Assembly (NCBI GenBank): GCA_964576435.1
Contig: CAZNUP010000001.1
Location: forward strand, 378,259-442,258
Direction: 5' to 3'
Source: an uncultured Gammaproteobacteria bacterium
GTDB taxonomy: Bacteria; Patescibacteriota; Microgenomatia; JAMCZE01
Length of the DNA: 64,000 nt
The first letter of the stretch is position 1. Each line of letters opens with the position of its first letter. A model generated the notes under the pieces. It saw nothing but the letters and a program-made list of their open reading frames with translations, searched no databases and had not been told where the DNA came from. Both the position numbers and the translations under genes were made by a program. Positions 34,939 through 45,577 of the stretch are shown here, piece by piece.

Positions 34939-35422
34939 ATTCTTAGTAGTAGGTTCAATTGGATTTCTAATTAACACCACGGTGTTAATTTTTGGCGTTC
35001 GCAAGTTCAATCTTAAGCCATCAATTGCTGGTCCAATTGGTGCCGAACTTGCGATTATCTCCAACTTTATTTTGAATAATTTTTGGACCTTTTCAGATAA
35101 AACAATCACTTCCTGGTCAGTTCTCCCCCAAAAATTTATTGCCTTTAATATTCTTTCCCTAGGGTCTGCTGTAATTCAATTCATTTTCTTAAAAGCTGGA
35201 GAAATCATCTTTGGACTAGAAAAGTATAAAAAACCTGTTTTAACAGTTATTCCAGTCAAAAAGATACCAGTAGTTAACAGTATTGTCGAAGCGCTTTTAA
35301 AGATCAAAATATTCAATAAACTCTCTCAAAAAATGACTGTATATTTTGTTTTCTATATTGCTGGTGTTGGTGTTGGTTTAATTGTAAATTTCTTTATCTA
35401 TAGCCTAATAATTTGGAGATGA
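34922..35422 (+). CDS. GtrA-family small membrane protein (polyprenyl-P-sugar translocation component)
   Basis: 'KFLVVGSIGFLINTTVLIF...ISNFILNNFWTF' GtrA (PF04138) pattern, 4 TM. Confidence 0.75.
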   Translation: MEHFLKFLVVGSIGFLINTTVLIFGVRKFNLKPSIAGPIGAELAIISNFILNNFWTFSDKTITSWSVLPQKFIAFNILSLGSAVIQFIFLKAGEIIFGLEKYKKPVLTVIPVKKIPVVNSIVEALLKIKIFNKLSQKMTVYFVFYIAGVGVGLIVNFFIYSLIIWR

Positions 35423-36894
35423 AAAAAAAGTTAGTCCTTTTAACATTCGGGCTAATTATTGTTCTGGGATTCCTACTTCGCTTCTATAGATTAGAAGCTT
35501 ACTTAACTTTTCTCGGTGATCAAGGACGAGATCTTTTAGTGGTTAAAAGAATGATTGTCGATCATATACCAACTCTTTTAGGTCCAACGGCTTCAGTCGG
35601 TGGATTTTATGTAGGCCCAGCTTATTACTATTTTCTGGTGCCATTTATGTTTGTCTTTAGGCTAGATCCCTTTGGTTCTGCCTTTATGTCAGCAACAATT
35701 GGACTGGCAACATTGATTTTGACCTATTTCTTTGTAAAGGAGCTAACAAGTAGTAAGAAGATTTCACTATTGGCAGCATTTTTAACAACAATTGCTCCCA
35801 AGTTTGTAGGAATCTCGCGTTTTTCTTGGAACCCAAATCCAATGCCTCTATTTACAATTCTGACTCTCTATTTAACCCTCCTCGGCGCTAAAAGAAATAA
35901 ACTAATTTATACGCTCTTTGCTGGAGTCTCATTTGGAATCCTTCTCCAACTTCACTATATGTCTTTAGTTCTTGTTCCCGTACTGGCTGTAGCTGCTGTG
36001 CTACTATTTTGGAGAAAAAGATTGCTTCTCAATCTGGGAATGGCTGTGCTTGGTGTTTTAATTGGCCTAAGCCCATTCCTTCTTTACGAACTTCGCCATA
36101 GTTTTCCAAACTTGATTAGTGCTACAGAGTTTTTAACTAGGGGAACTACAGTAGCTCCAAAATCCTATAATCCTTTTGAGCTCTACAACAACACGGGAAG
36201 AATTCTTTTTGATACTCTCATTGGCTTCATGGGTGTAGTGCCTAATTTTTTCTTTTTGACTTCGCTTTTAGGATCAGCAATTTTAATTTTCAAAAAGAAG
36301 CTATCAAGATCCACAGTCATAATAGTTTTAAGTTATTTCCTCTTAGGAATCATAACGATGGGTCTTTATAGAGGACAAATTCTTGACCATTATTATGGCG
36401 TTCTTTTCCCACTAGCCATTTTAATGCTTGCTCTCACCGGCATGTTGCTTATTTCTTATGGCAAAGTAGGTAAAGTTATTGCCATAATCTATTTCGGAGC
36501 TTTCACAGTCTTTTCCTTAAAAAATGAATTTTATGTATTTCCAGCAAACAACTTGGTTCAACAAACTAGAGCAGTTTCTGAAATAGCCCTTGGTCTAACA
36601 AATCATGAACCATTCAATTTTGCATTGATTACTCCAGGAAATAGTGACCACGCCTATAGGTACTTCATGGAGACAAAAGGCATAAAACCTGAAGTTATTC
36701 AAAACGAAATTATTGACCCAAAAAGATTTTCAGTCACCAAGCAACTTATTGTCGTCTGTGAAGATCCAAAGTGTGAGCCTCTTGGTAATCCTCTTTGGGA
36801 AGTTGCTGGTTTTGGTAGAGCTGAGATCAAGGAAACGAGGAACGGTCCAGCTGGGATTAAAGTGTTTAAACTGGTACACTACGAGGGTGAATAA
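35413..36894 (+). CDS. GT-C fold polytopic membrane glycosyltransferase (ArnT/PMT-like)
   Basis: About 12 TM. N-terminal 'LRFYRLEAYLTFLGDQGRDLLVVKRM' loop with acidic residues, as in polyprenyl-P-sugar-dependent GT-C enzymes. Confidence 0.65.
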   Translation: MEMKKKLVLLTFGLIIVLGFLLRFYRLEAYLTFLGDQGRDLLVVKRMIVDHIPTLLGPTASVGGFYVGPAYYYFLVPFMFVFRLDPFGSAFMSATIGLATLILTYFFVKELTSSKKISLLAAFLTTIAPKFVGISRFSWNPNPMPLFTILTLYLTLLGAKRNKLIYTLFAGVSFGILLQLHYMSLVLVPVLAVAAVLLFWRKRLLLNLGMAVLGVLIGLSPFLLYELRHSFPNLISATEFLTRGTTVAPKSYNPFELYNNTGRILFDTLIGFMGVVPNFFFLTSLLGSAILIFKKKLSRSTVIIVLSYFLLGIITMGLYRGQILDHYYGVLFPLAILMLALTGMLLISYGKVGKVIAIIYFGAFTVFSLKNEFYVFPANNLVQQTRAVSEIALGLTNHEPFNFALITPGNSDHAYRYFMETKGIKPEVIQNEIIDPKRFSVTKQLIVVCEDPKCEPLGNPLWEVAGFGRAEIKETRNGPAGIKVFKLVHYEGE

Positions 36895-37663
36895 TATCTT
36901 TCTATCAGTTGTAATACCTTCTTATAATGAAACCGCGAACTTAAAGCGTGGTGTTCTGGAAGAAGTTTATAACTACCTAAAAGACCAAAAATATACTTGG
37001 GAAGTAATTGTCTCTGATGATGGTTCCCCTGAAGAAGAAAGTAGAAAGCTAGCTAAAGAGTTTTGCGATGGTCATAAGGGATTTAAATTTGTCCAAAATG
37101 AACATGCAGGTAAACCATTTGCTGTTTGGTCAGGAATTCAAAAATCTCAAGGTGAAATAGTCCTTTTCACTGATATGGATCAATCAACCCCAATTTCTCA
37201 AGTTGAGAAGCTTCTTCCAAAATTTGATGCAGGTTATGATGTTGTAATTGGTAGTCGTGGCCTAAAAAGAAATAACGCTTCAGTTTTAAGAAAATTAGCG
37301 TCAGGAACTTTCTCCACCTTTAGAAGAGTAATGCTCTTGAGAAGTATTAGTGACACTCAAGCTGGTTTTAAATCTTTTAAAGCACCAGTGATTAAAGAAA
37401 TATTTCCACTTTTAGAAATAATTAAAAATCACGGATCAAAAAAAGTTGTTGGCTGGACACCAACGTCTTTTGATGTTGAGCTTCTTGTTGCAGCCAAAAG
37501 ACGTGGCTATAAAATTGCTGAAGTCCAAATTGATTGGGAAGATAGAGATGTTTCAACAGGCAAAGCAAGAGGAAATAAGAAGTTTGCCAAAGAGTCCGCT
37601 GATATGATGAAAGAAATCTTCCGCGTAAAGCTAAACGACATTCGCGGTGCTTACAAAAAATGA
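36887..37663 (+). CDS. GT2 polyprenyl-phosphate sugar synthase (Dpm1-like); GTG start proposed
   Basis: The GTG at 36887 gives 'MNNIFLSVVIPSYNETANL'; the ORF-track start at 36713 would overlap the upstream gene by 180 nt. 'SDDGSPEE', 'TDMDQSTP'. Confidence 0.75.
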   Translation: MNNIFLSVVIPSYNETANLKRGVLEEVYNYLKDQKYTWEVIVSDDGSPEEESRKLAKEFCDGHKGFKFVQNEHAGKPFAVWSGIQKSQGEIVLFTDMDQSTPISQVEKLLPKFDAGYDVVIGSRGLKRNNASVLRKLASGTFSTFRRVMLLRSISDTQAGFKSFKAPVIKEIFPLLEIIKNHGSKKVVGWTPTSFDVELLVAAKRRGYKIAEVQIDWEDRDVSTGKARGNKKFAKESADMMKEIFRVKLNDIRGAYKK

Positions 37664-38655
37664 TAGCAGTCTTATATTTACTTGTTCTAATTGCTCTAGG
37701 AGTTTACTCCTATTCTCAAATTGATTTAAATCTTACTCTTTTTCAAAACCCAGTCTTTCTAAATTTCCAAAACTCCATGATTCAACTTGGTTATTTCCAT
37801 CGTCCGGAGTCTGGATTAATTTTTGTTGTCTTAACATTACTCTTGTCACTTTTCTATTTTCTATTAATTCGCTCACCAAAAGACTGGAAATTAGTCGTTG
37901 GTGGACTGATTGTCCTTGGGCTTATTTGTTATCCAGCATTTTCGCATGACATTTTTAACTACATATTTGACGCGAGAATTTTTGCTTATCATCATCAAAA
38001 TCCATACACGCACACTGCCTTAATGTTTAAAGGTGATGACTGGACCAGGTTTATGAATTGGACGCATAGAGTTTATCCCTATGGTCCATCATTTTTAGCA
38101 ATAACCATAGGTTTTTATTTCTTAGGTCTTGGAAAGTTTATCCTAACCCTTCTTTCTTTTAAGATAATGTCTCTTTTGGCTTTTGGTGGTAGCTCATACA
38201 TTATTTACAAGTTAGCTGGAAAAAGAGGATTAATGTTTTTTGCGGCTAACCCTCTAATTATTTACGAGGTAATAATTTCTGACCATTTGGATATATTGAT
38301 GTTGTTCTTTGCTCTCCTTGGTTGGTACCTTCTTATAAAGCCTCAAAAAAAAGTTTTGTCTTATCTCTCCCTCCTTGTGTCAGTGGGAATTAAATTTGTA
38401 ACAGTTCTTTTAGTGCCCGCATTTATCTTGAAGAATTTGAAGTTGGCCGTCATTCTAGCCTTTGTTGGTGCGGGTTTGCAGGTTTTGTCTCGTGAGGTCT
38501 TGCCACATTATCTAATTGTTCCAATTGGTTTTGCTGCTTTAATGCCTGAGAATAAAAAACTAATTTACGGAACAGCTATTGCCTCAATTCTTATTCTTTT
38601 CATCCGTTACTACCCATTTATTTCAACAGGTAAATGGTTACCTTTAAGCTTTTAA
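37660..38655 (+). CDS. DUF2029/GT87-like (PimE-like) GT-C membrane glycosyltransferase
   Basis: 'HDIFNYIFDARIFAYHHQNPYTH...RVYPYGP' conserved DUF2029 loop motif. About 9 TM. Confidence 0.65.
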   Translation: MIAVLYLLVLIALGVYSYSQIDLNLTLFQNPVFLNFQNSMIQLGYFHRPESGLIFVVLTLLLSLFYFLLIRSPKDWKLVVGGLIVLGLICYPAFSHDIFNYIFDARIFAYHHQNPYTHTALMFKGDDWTRFMNWTHRVYPYGPSFLAITIGFYFLGLGKFILTLLSFKIMSLLAFGGSSYIIYKLAGKRGLMFFAANPLIIYEVIISDHLDILMLFFALLGWYLLIKPQKKVLSYLSLLVSVGIKFVTVLLVPAFILKNLKLAVILAFVGAGLQVLSREVLPHYLIVPIGFAALMPENKKLIYGTAIASILILFIRYYPFISTGKWLPLSF

Positions 38656-40331
38656 TTCTTGGAGATTAAACCCTGCTCTAGAAGTTTCTTCACCATCTCT
38701 GGGTATACATCTTTTCTGAAGTTAAAATTATCATCTAAGTTAAAGTCACCCCTTTTAGATTCGTTAAAATGATAGCCTTTAAGTCTTGTGTAGTTGTTAT
38801 CAAGGAAATTAACGAAGAAATTATTAAACTCACTGGAGAGCCCGAATGCACTATAGTCCCTCCTAAAAACAATCACTTTTGCCGAATTATTTTTATAGTC
38901 AGAAAGTATTTGATTTTTAATCAAAGGAATACCTGCAAACTGCGGCAAGATCCAATGGTATTTTGAAGGTGCCTTACATTTCAAATAAAACATTTCTTCA
39001 AATTCAAATGGTCCCGCCCAACAATACTCATTTGGTGAAACGAGTCCGTTAATAATTGGAGCGACAATCGGTCTGTCATAAACAAGCGGTGCGGTCCCCA
39101 TGTATCTGTTGTATGTGATCCTCCAGTTTTCTGAAAAAATAAATATAGCAGCAAACACCCAATAAATAGCAAGAATAATTCCAAGAATTGTGAATGCTGA
39201 TTTAGCAAGGTGGTCAGAGATTCCATTTATTTCTTTTCTCAAAAGATCAAAAACCAAAGCAAAATTCAAAATGCTCAAAATAAAGTAAACAGATGTTTGA
39301 TAGTCAGTAACTTTTATTTCTGCTGGGTTCCCGCGAGCATTTGCAAAAATTAAAAGTCCGAGAACAAGGAAGAATAGCAGTATCTTTCTTCTATAAAGAA
39401 GCCACGCAAATAAGACCATGTTTGCAAGGGCAAGTGCATGAGTCATTGGGAATCTTGGGTTAAATGAAATGATTCCGCTAACTGCAAGTTGGAAATTGTT
39501 GAAGAAGTTATTAAAGATAACTATCGCATATCTAATTGGGTTTATTGTTTCCACCCCAGCAGCTCTTGGGTAATTATAAATGTAATATTTCTGGTTATAT
39601 CCAATAGCTTCGTACATAAAATCATTGATGGATCCAGAAACTAAAAGATACAATCCAAAAGCTAAGTAAGGGACCACTAACACCAAACCAAATATGATAA
39701 GAGGCTTGATTTCAGATTTAAGTTTCGCTTTATTAAATGGCAAGAAAATTTGTCTAAGATAATAAATTGCCAATATTGCGTACACAACAATTCCTGCATA
39801 TGTGTATGTCATGGAATTTAAAATAGAAAGGAAGGTAAACCCAGAGATAACTACAATATCCGAAAGGCTAACCTTTTCCTGAAAATACATTCTGTAAAAT
39901 AGAAGTAGATAAGCAGGAACTAGAAAGAATCCACTCATCGGATCAGCAAGGAACATGTGTCCCCAAAAATAAATTGCAGCAAATGAAGTTAGAAATGCAA
40001 AAAGCCAAAAAGCCAAAATATCGAGTTTTGGCATTTTCTTCCTAAAAAGTAAAAATATTCCAACGAAATAAGCCAAAAATACTAAGCTTGTGAGAAGTCT
40101 GAATTTTACAAACGACCCTCCACCTATAAGTACTAAAGGTGCTGACAAAAAGTAAGCTAGTGGTCCATGATGTGAGAAAAATCCAGAATATGGCAATATT
40201 CCTTCGAGAATTAACTTCCCCCCAAGAATGTTATCAAATTCATCTGGATAGCTTGCAAATAGGCAGTTGGCAAGAAGAACTAAAAATAGTGCTCCAAAAA
40301 GTGCGATTGTTATTAACTTAATGTTTTTCAT
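38652..40331 (-). CDS. Polytopic membrane protein, GT-C-like, inverted within the + strand operon
   Basis: About 13 TM plus a C-terminal soluble domain. Stop codon shares the TTAA at 38652-38655 with the convergent gene. Its start is 13 bp from the divergent start at 40345. Confidence 0.55.
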   Translation of the reverse strand: MKNIKLITIALFGALFLVLLANCLFASYPDEFDNILGGKLILEGILPYSGFFSHHGPLAYFLSAPLVLIGGGSFVKFRLLTSLVFLAYFVGIFLLFRKKMPKLDILAFWLFAFLTSFAAIYFWGHMFLADPMSGFFLVPAYLLLFYRMYFQEKVSLSDIVVISGFTFLSILNSMTYTYAGIVVYAILAIYYLRQIFLPFNKAKLKSEIKPLIIFGLVLVVPYLAFGLYLLVSGSINDFMYEAIGYNQKYYIYNYPRAAGVETINPIRYAIVIFNNFFNNFQLAVSGIISFNPRFPMTHALALANMVLFAWLLYRRKILLFFLVLGLLIFANARGNPAEIKVTDYQTSVYFILSILNFALVFDLLRKEINGISDHLAKSAFTILGIILAIYWVFAAIFIFSENWRITYNRYMGTAPLVYDRPIVAPIINGLVSPNEYCWAGPFEFEEMFYLKCKAPSKYHWILPQFAGIPLIKNQILSDYKNNSAKVIVFRRDYSAFGLSSEFNNFFVNFLDNNYTRLKGYHFNESKRGDFNLDDNFNFRKDVYPEMVKKLLEQGLISKN

Positions 40332-40344
40332 GAGATAATCAATT

Positions 40345-41934
40345 ATGGCACGTTTAGCTCTAATTGCAATTTTCGTTTTAGCTCTTCTCCTTAGAGTTTA
40401 CAGTCTTTCAACCATTCCAAATGGTTTTCACATTGATGAAGCAGCTAATGGATATATTGGTAGATATATTTTATTAAATGGCCACGACTTAGCAAATAGG
40501 CCCTGGCCGATTGACTATTCAGATAAATTTGAAGATTATCCACCAGTAATTCCCATGTATCTATCAGCACTCCCAACTTTTGTCATGGGAGTTAATGAAT
40601 TTGCAGTGAGGCTACCATCGGCAATTTTTGGTGCAATCTTAGTAGTTCTTGTTTACCAACTAGTAGTCGTTTTAACTAAAAGTAAAAGAGCTTCTCTTGT
40701 GGCTGCACTTTTAACCGCAGTCTTGCCCTGGAGTATTGTCCTTTCCAGAACAACTTCTGAAACCAGTTTCGGATTGGTTTTCTTTGCCCTTGGTTTAATT
40801 CTGGTTTTCAAAAACAAGATCGGTTGGTCAATTCCAATATTTTTACTTTCCTATTTAGTCTATCCAACCTTTAGAACTGTTATTCCAATGGTGTTTTTCG
40901 GACTTCTTTTTGTAACTGCAAGACCTTCAAGAAAAATGATTGTCACAGGTCTAGTTATAACTCTGTTGGCAACAATTCTTGCCTCTCAAACTGTTTGGGG
41001 TCAAGCAAGATTTAAAAAGATTTCCCTGTTAACAGATCCAAATACAGTAACAAGACTTGAGAAGAAGTCACAGGCATTAGGCTTTGAAGAAGGACCAAAT
41101 AATGTTTTTATAGCTCGTTTCTATCACAATAAAATAACCACAACCGCTGAAGAGTTTACTAAAAACTATCTTGACTATCTCTCTCCAAGATTCTTGTTTT
41201 TCCAAGGAGGTTTGCCTGATCGTGTTGTAGTTCCTGAGCGGGGAGTGTTATTAATATTTACTGCCTTTGTAATCATATTGGGACTTTTAATAAGTTCAAA
41301 AAACAAAAAACTAATCTACTTTTTCACATATCTATTACTGATCTCAATTATTCCAGCCGCTTTAACAATAGACGAAATCCCAAGCATAAATAGAGCTGCC
41401 CCCATGATTATTCCAATTGTCGTCTTAGTGGGTCTTGCTGCTGATGAGATTTTGGCATTAAAGTTTAAAAAACCAATTTGGATTGCTCTATCACTTGGAG
41501 CATCAGCTTTTTTGGCAATCGAACTCTTATTTTTCCTTCATTACTATTTTATTCATGCAGCCTCCTATAGAAGCTTTTCAAGAAATGATGGTGCCAAGGA
41601 AATGGCAGAATATCTAATCTCAGAGAAAAATTCAGGGAAGAAGATTCTAGCTACTGCTTCCGACTGGGAACCCATCTACTATTTATTTTATTCAAATAAT
41701 TTTTCAAAAAATTTAACACCATTTGGTAAAAAACTTTATATTAAGAACGTAGACAACATAACTTTTGTTCCAACCCTTTGCGTTACGGGTTCTGAAAGTA
41801 AAGAAACAATTTCAAAGTTCGATATCATTCTTGAGGGCGGAGGTTGTGATGAAAAGGCTGTAGGGAAAACATTAAAAGTCTTTACAAGGCAGGATGAGAG
41901 TAAGTCCTACAAAGTAATAGAAGTTAATAGATGA
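40345..41934 (+). CDS. GT39-like (PMT/ArnT family) membrane glycosyltransferase, paralogue 1
   Basis: 'RLALIAIFVLALLLRVYSLSTIPNGFHIDEAANGYIGRYIL' is the N-terminal DE-motif loop typical of GT39/GT83. Confidence 0.75.
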   Translation: MARLALIAIFVLALLLRVYSLSTIPNGFHIDEAANGYIGRYILLNGHDLANRPWPIDYSDKFEDYPPVIPMYLSALPTFVMGVNEFAVRLPSAIFGAILVVLVYQLVVVLTKSKRASLVAALLTAVLPWSIVLSRTTSETSFGLVFFALGLILVFKNKIGWSIPIFLLSYLVYPTFRTVIPMVFFGLLFVTARPSRKMIVTGLVITLLATILASQTVWGQARFKKISLLTDPNTVTRLEKKSQALGFEEGPNNVFIARFYHNKITTTAEEFTKNYLDYLSPRFLFFQGGLPDRVVVPERGVLLIFTAFVIILGLLISSKNKKLIYFFTYLLLISIIPAALTIDEIPSINRAAPMIIPIVVLVGLAADEILALKFKKPIWIALSLGASAFLAIELLFFLHYYFIHAASYRSFSRNDGAKEMAEYLISEKNSGKKILATASDWEPIYYLFYSNNFSKNLTPFGKKLYIKNVDNITFVPTLCVTGSESKETISKFDIILEGGGCDEKAVGKTLKVFTRQDESKSYKVIEVNR

Positions 41935-44210
41935 AAAAGTTCCTAATTCCATTCTTAGTTTTGCTTGTAGCAAATATCATTTTAAATTGGCAATTTTATT
42001 TCCATGGTTTAATTCCATTCCCGGGTGACCTTTTAGTATCATTCTATTTTCCATGGAACTCCGGCGGTTTTCCCGAATTTAATTCTTGGACTACTCACAA
42101 AGAAGTTGTTGGTGCCGATGCTATTAGACAAATTTATCCCTGGAAAGAACTGGTGATAAATCAGTTGAAAATAGGCGAGTGGCCACTTTGGAACCCTTAT
42201 AATTTTTCTGGCACCCCCCTTTTGGCAAACCTTCAATCATCAGTCTTCTCCCCTGTTAATTTAGTATTTTTTGTTCTGCCATTTGTTTGGGGTTGGATCA
42301 GTCTTGTAATGTTCCTGCCAGTAATTTTTGGGTTTGGTTTTTATCTTTTCTTTAAATCTTTAAATTTAAAAACGATCCCGTCACTTTTTGGCGCACTGGT
42401 TGTCATGAATATTTCTTACATCACAATTTGGGAAGAGCAATTAATTCATATTCAAAGTATTTTATTTTTACCCTTCATCCTTCTTGCTATAAATTACAAA
42501 AAATATTGGTTTGTACCCATTTTTATTGCTCTAAGTGTCTTTGGTGGTCACATTCAAACAGTTACCTATATTTGTATTCTAACTTTCCTTTTTAGTCTAT
42601 TTAAAAAAGTCCCACTTAAATGGATTGCTTTTATATTTGTAACTGGTCTATTAGCTGCAAGTGTCCAACTACTTCCGACATTGGAATTATTCATGAGTTC
42701 AGCTAGAGACGGTTCGGAAACTTTAAGACTGTTTCCAACAACCATAATTCCCTCACAATCTTTCATTACCCTATTAATTCCTGATTTTTTCGGTAACCCT
42801 GCCACTGGGAATTTTTGGGGAGTCGATTACGCAAACTTTGAGCTTTTTGCCGGTGCTTTAGCAATATTTTTTGGTCTAATTGGTTTAATTTCTGGTTGGA
42901 AAAGATCGTTTGTGAAATTTTTTACTTTAATTTTTGTCATAGGTCTAGTTTTTGCAGCGACTCCCCTAGCTTACATTTGGCCAACACTTCATGTTCCTGT
43001 ATTGTCTTCAAGTAATGCCTCAAGAATTTTCTTGTTATCATTCATTTCAATTTCAGTTCTAGCTGCAGTGGGTTTAGAAAATACTCTCTACTATTTTAAT
43101 GAACATAAGAAATCTATATTTGTGAGTTGTTCTATTTTTATAGGAGTCTTTTTATTAATAATTTCCTATTCTATATTTTTACCTTCAGCCTTTAGGTCAA
43201 TTGCTATTAGGAATACATTTATCCCAGGGGTTGTAGTTGGTGTCGGGCTTTTTGTGGTCGCTATAAATTTGATTTTCAAAAACAAAAAGACAGTTTTAAT
43301 TCTTTCAGCAATTTTGATATTCATGGCAGCTAGTTTTGAATACACAATTTTCTACAACAAGTATCAGCCCTTTTCGAGTCCTAGTTTTGTTTTCCCAAAT
43401 CACCCTGTTTTTACTTTTCTTGAAGATAAAGCAGATGAAAATAGATTTTTTGGTTCCAGTGGTTCTTATGTTGAAACAAATTTTGCTACTAAGTTCAAAG
43501 TATTTGCTCCAGAAGGATATGACTCTCTCTATATTAAAAGATATGGAGAATTACTGGCTTCTAGTGATAAAGGAACGCTACCAAAGTCAGTCATGCGCTC
43601 TGACGCTTATGTAGGTAGGTTAGAAAACAAAAATAGGGAAAAATTGTTTGATCTACTGGGTATTAAATATATTCTTGAGAAAAATGATGCAGCAACAGGC
43701 AGTGCCATTATTGGTGATAGGATGGTTTGGCACGATGGAAAATTTTTCGCTTTCGAAAGAAAGTCAGTTTCGCCTAGAGTTTTTCTAGCAAGTGACTACG
43801 AAGTATTAACTAAAAATATTTTAGATCGCTTCTATGAAAAAGATTTTGACTATAAAGACTCTCTGATTCTCGAAAAGTCTCCAACACTAAAACCTGAAGA
43901 GGGGGGCTCACCAAGTGCAAATATTACTTTCTACTCGCCAAATAAAGTGATAATAAATACAACATCAACTAAACCAAAAATTCTTTTCCTTTCTGATGTC
44001 TATTTCCCAGGTTGGCAAGTAAATATAGACGGAAAACAAGCTGAAATATACAGAGCTGACTACACATTTAGAGCTGTGCCTATTTCAGCTGGTAATCATG
44101 TTGTTACATTTATTTATGATCCAAAAAACTTTAAACTTGGTTTATTAATTTCCGTTTTGACATTGTTGTCACTTTTAGGTTTATGTTTAAAAAAATCCTT
44201 CCATTCTTAA
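41931..44210 (+). CDS. YfhO-family GT-C membrane glycosyltransferase, paralogue 1
   Basis: 759 aa, about 14 TM. The C-terminal extracytoplasmic domain ending 'FFPGWQVNIDGKQAEIYRADYTFRAVPISAGNHVVTF' is characteristic of YfhO. Confidence 0.7.
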   Translation: MKKFLIPFLVLLVANIILNWQFYFHGLIPFPGDLLVSFYFPWNSGGFPEFNSWTTHKEVVGADAIRQIYPWKELVINQLKIGEWPLWNPYNFSGTPLLANLQSSVFSPVNLVFFVLPFVWGWISLVMFLPVIFGFGFYLFFKSLNLKTIPSLFGALVVMNISYITIWEEQLIHIQSILFLPFILLAINYKKYWFVPIFIALSVFGGHIQTVTYICILTFLFSLFKKVPLKWIAFIFVTGLLAASVQLLPTLELFMSSARDGSETLRLFPTTIIPSQSFITLLIPDFFGNPATGNFWGVDYANFELFAGALAIFFGLIGLISGWKRSFVKFFTLIFVIGLVFAATPLAYIWPTLHVPVLSSSNASRIFLLSFISISVLAAVGLENTLYYFNEHKKSIFVSCSIFIGVFLLIISYSIFLPSAFRSIAIRNTFIPGVVVGVGLFVVAINLIFKNKKTVLILSAILIFMAASFEYTIFYNKYQPFSSPSFVFPNHPVFTFLEDKADENRFFGSSGSYVETNFATKFKVFAPEGYDSLYIKRYGELLASSDKGTLPKSVMRSDAYVGRLENKNREKLFDLLGIKYILEKNDAATGSAIIGDRMVWHDGKFFAFERKSVSPRVFLASDYEVLTKNILDRFYEKDFDYKDSLILEKSPTLKPEEGGSPSANITFYSPNKVIINTTSTKPKILFLSDVYFPGWQVNIDGKQAEIYRADYTFRAVPISAGNHVVTFIYDPKNFKLGLLISVLTLLSLLGLCLKKSFHS

Positions 44211-45577
44211 TAGTTATAATTCTGACTCTTCCGGTAGTGGTCCCATTGCTGATGCCTGGTTTTTTTAAATCAGACGATGGGGGATGGATGGTTATTAGAC
44301 TTTCAGCTTTCCACCAAACTCTAAAGACCGGTCAATTTCCAGTTCGATTCTTAGAACCGCTCAATCATGGCTATGGTTATCCAGTGACTAATTTTCTTTA
44401 CCCACTACCATTCTATATGGGAGAAATAATTCATCTATTAGGTTTTAGTTTTATAAATACGGTAAAGCTACTTTTTGCCTTTGGATTTATATTCGGCGCA
44501 ATCTTCATGTATCTATGGACCAGAAAATGGGGACAACTGCCAGGGATTGTTTCCGCAACAATTTATACATTTTTCATCTATAGAATTACCGATGTCTATC
44601 AAAGAGGTTCCCTTGGTGAATCAGTGGCTTTTATGTTTGTTCCGCTAATTTTCCTGTTTATTGATAAAAAGAAAATCCCCTTGGCGGCTTTAGCAACAGC
44701 TGCCTTAATTATGTCTCACAACTCACTGGCATTGATGTTTTTGCCAATAATACTTTTGTACGGATTTTTTATTACAAAGTTAAACTTTAAAGCTCTAGGA
44801 ATAATGTTAGCTTTGTCTCTAGGTGTGTCTGCTTTTTTCTGGATTCCTGCTCTTTATGACCTACAGTACACCAAGGCTTTTGAAACACAGGTTTCTGATT
44901 TCCAAAACTACTTCCTCTCAGATTGGCTAGTAATTTTAGAAATATTTGTTCCCCTTGTGGTTGGTTTCATCCTTTTAAAGAAAAAATTAATTTTCTGGGG
45001 GGTAATAACAGTGGGTGCAGTTTTTCTAGCACTTCCAATTAGTAATTTCTTATGGGAAATTTTGCCGCTTCCAAAGTTGATTCAGTTTCCTTGGCGCTTT
45101 TTAGCGATACCAACTTTTACGATTGCAGTAGTAGCTGGATTAATTGCACAAAAAAATAAATATCTAGGTATTGGTCTATTAATTATTTTTCTAGTGATTG
45201 GCGTCTCAGTTCTCCGCATTGACAGAACTTTCGAGCCAGATAATTACTATTATACAAATGATGACACTACAACGGTTAAAAATGAATATATGCCTATTTG
45301 GGTTAAATCAAATCCTACAGAAAAGCCTCCAGTTGAGTTTCAAATAGTTGATGGACGAATGCAAATAAATAAAGTCTATTTTCCAGGGGCAACAGTTTTA
45401 GTGAATGGGGAAAGTGTCCCAATAAATTATTCCTATAACGGCTTTGTCCAAATTGAAGTTCCAGGAAGCCAAGACGATGTTCAATTTAAATATTATGAAC
45501 CGCCACTTCACTTAATAGCAGATACCATCTCAGTAATAGCATTTATTATAGTTCTATTTCTATGCGTAAACTCATAA
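44183..45577 (+). CDS. Polytopic membrane protein ('GQFPVRF...GYGYP' family), GT-C-like, paralogue A
   Basis: 'FHQTLKTGQFPVRFLEPLNHGYGYPVTNFLYPLPFYMG' is shared with the 47479 gene. C-terminal 'FPGATVLVNGESV'. Confidence 0.6.
   Translation: MFKKILPFLIVIILTLPVVVPLLMPGFFKSDDGGWMVIRLSAFHQTLKTGQFPVRFLEPLNHGYGYPVTNFLYPLPFYMGEIIHLLGFSFINTVKLLFAFGFIFGAIFMYLWTRKWGQLPGIVSATIYTFFIYRITDVYQRGSLGESVAFMFVPLIFLFIDKKKIPLAALATAALIMSHNSLALMFLPIILLYGFFITKLNFKALGIMLALSLGVSAFFWIPALYDLQYTKAFETQVSDFQNYFLSDWLVILEIFVPLVVGFILLKKKLIFWGVITVGAVFLALPISNFLWEILPLPKLIQFPWRFLAIPTFTIAVVAGLIAQKNKYLGIGLLIIFLVIGVSVLRIDRTFEPDNYYYTNDDTTTVKNEYMPIWVKSNPTEKPPVEFQIVDGRMQINKVYFPGATVLVNGESVPINYSYNGFVQIEVPGSQDDVQFKYYEPPLHLIADTISVIAFIIVLFLCVNS

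Noticed and set aside
36713-36886. Upstream extension of the GT2 gene to the ATG at 36713 (ORF-track start)
   Set aside because: It would overlap the preceding GT-C gene by about 180 nt and adds a non-GT N-terminus. The GTG at 36887 gives a canonical 'MNNIFLSVVIPSYNE' GT2 start and an 8-nt overlap.
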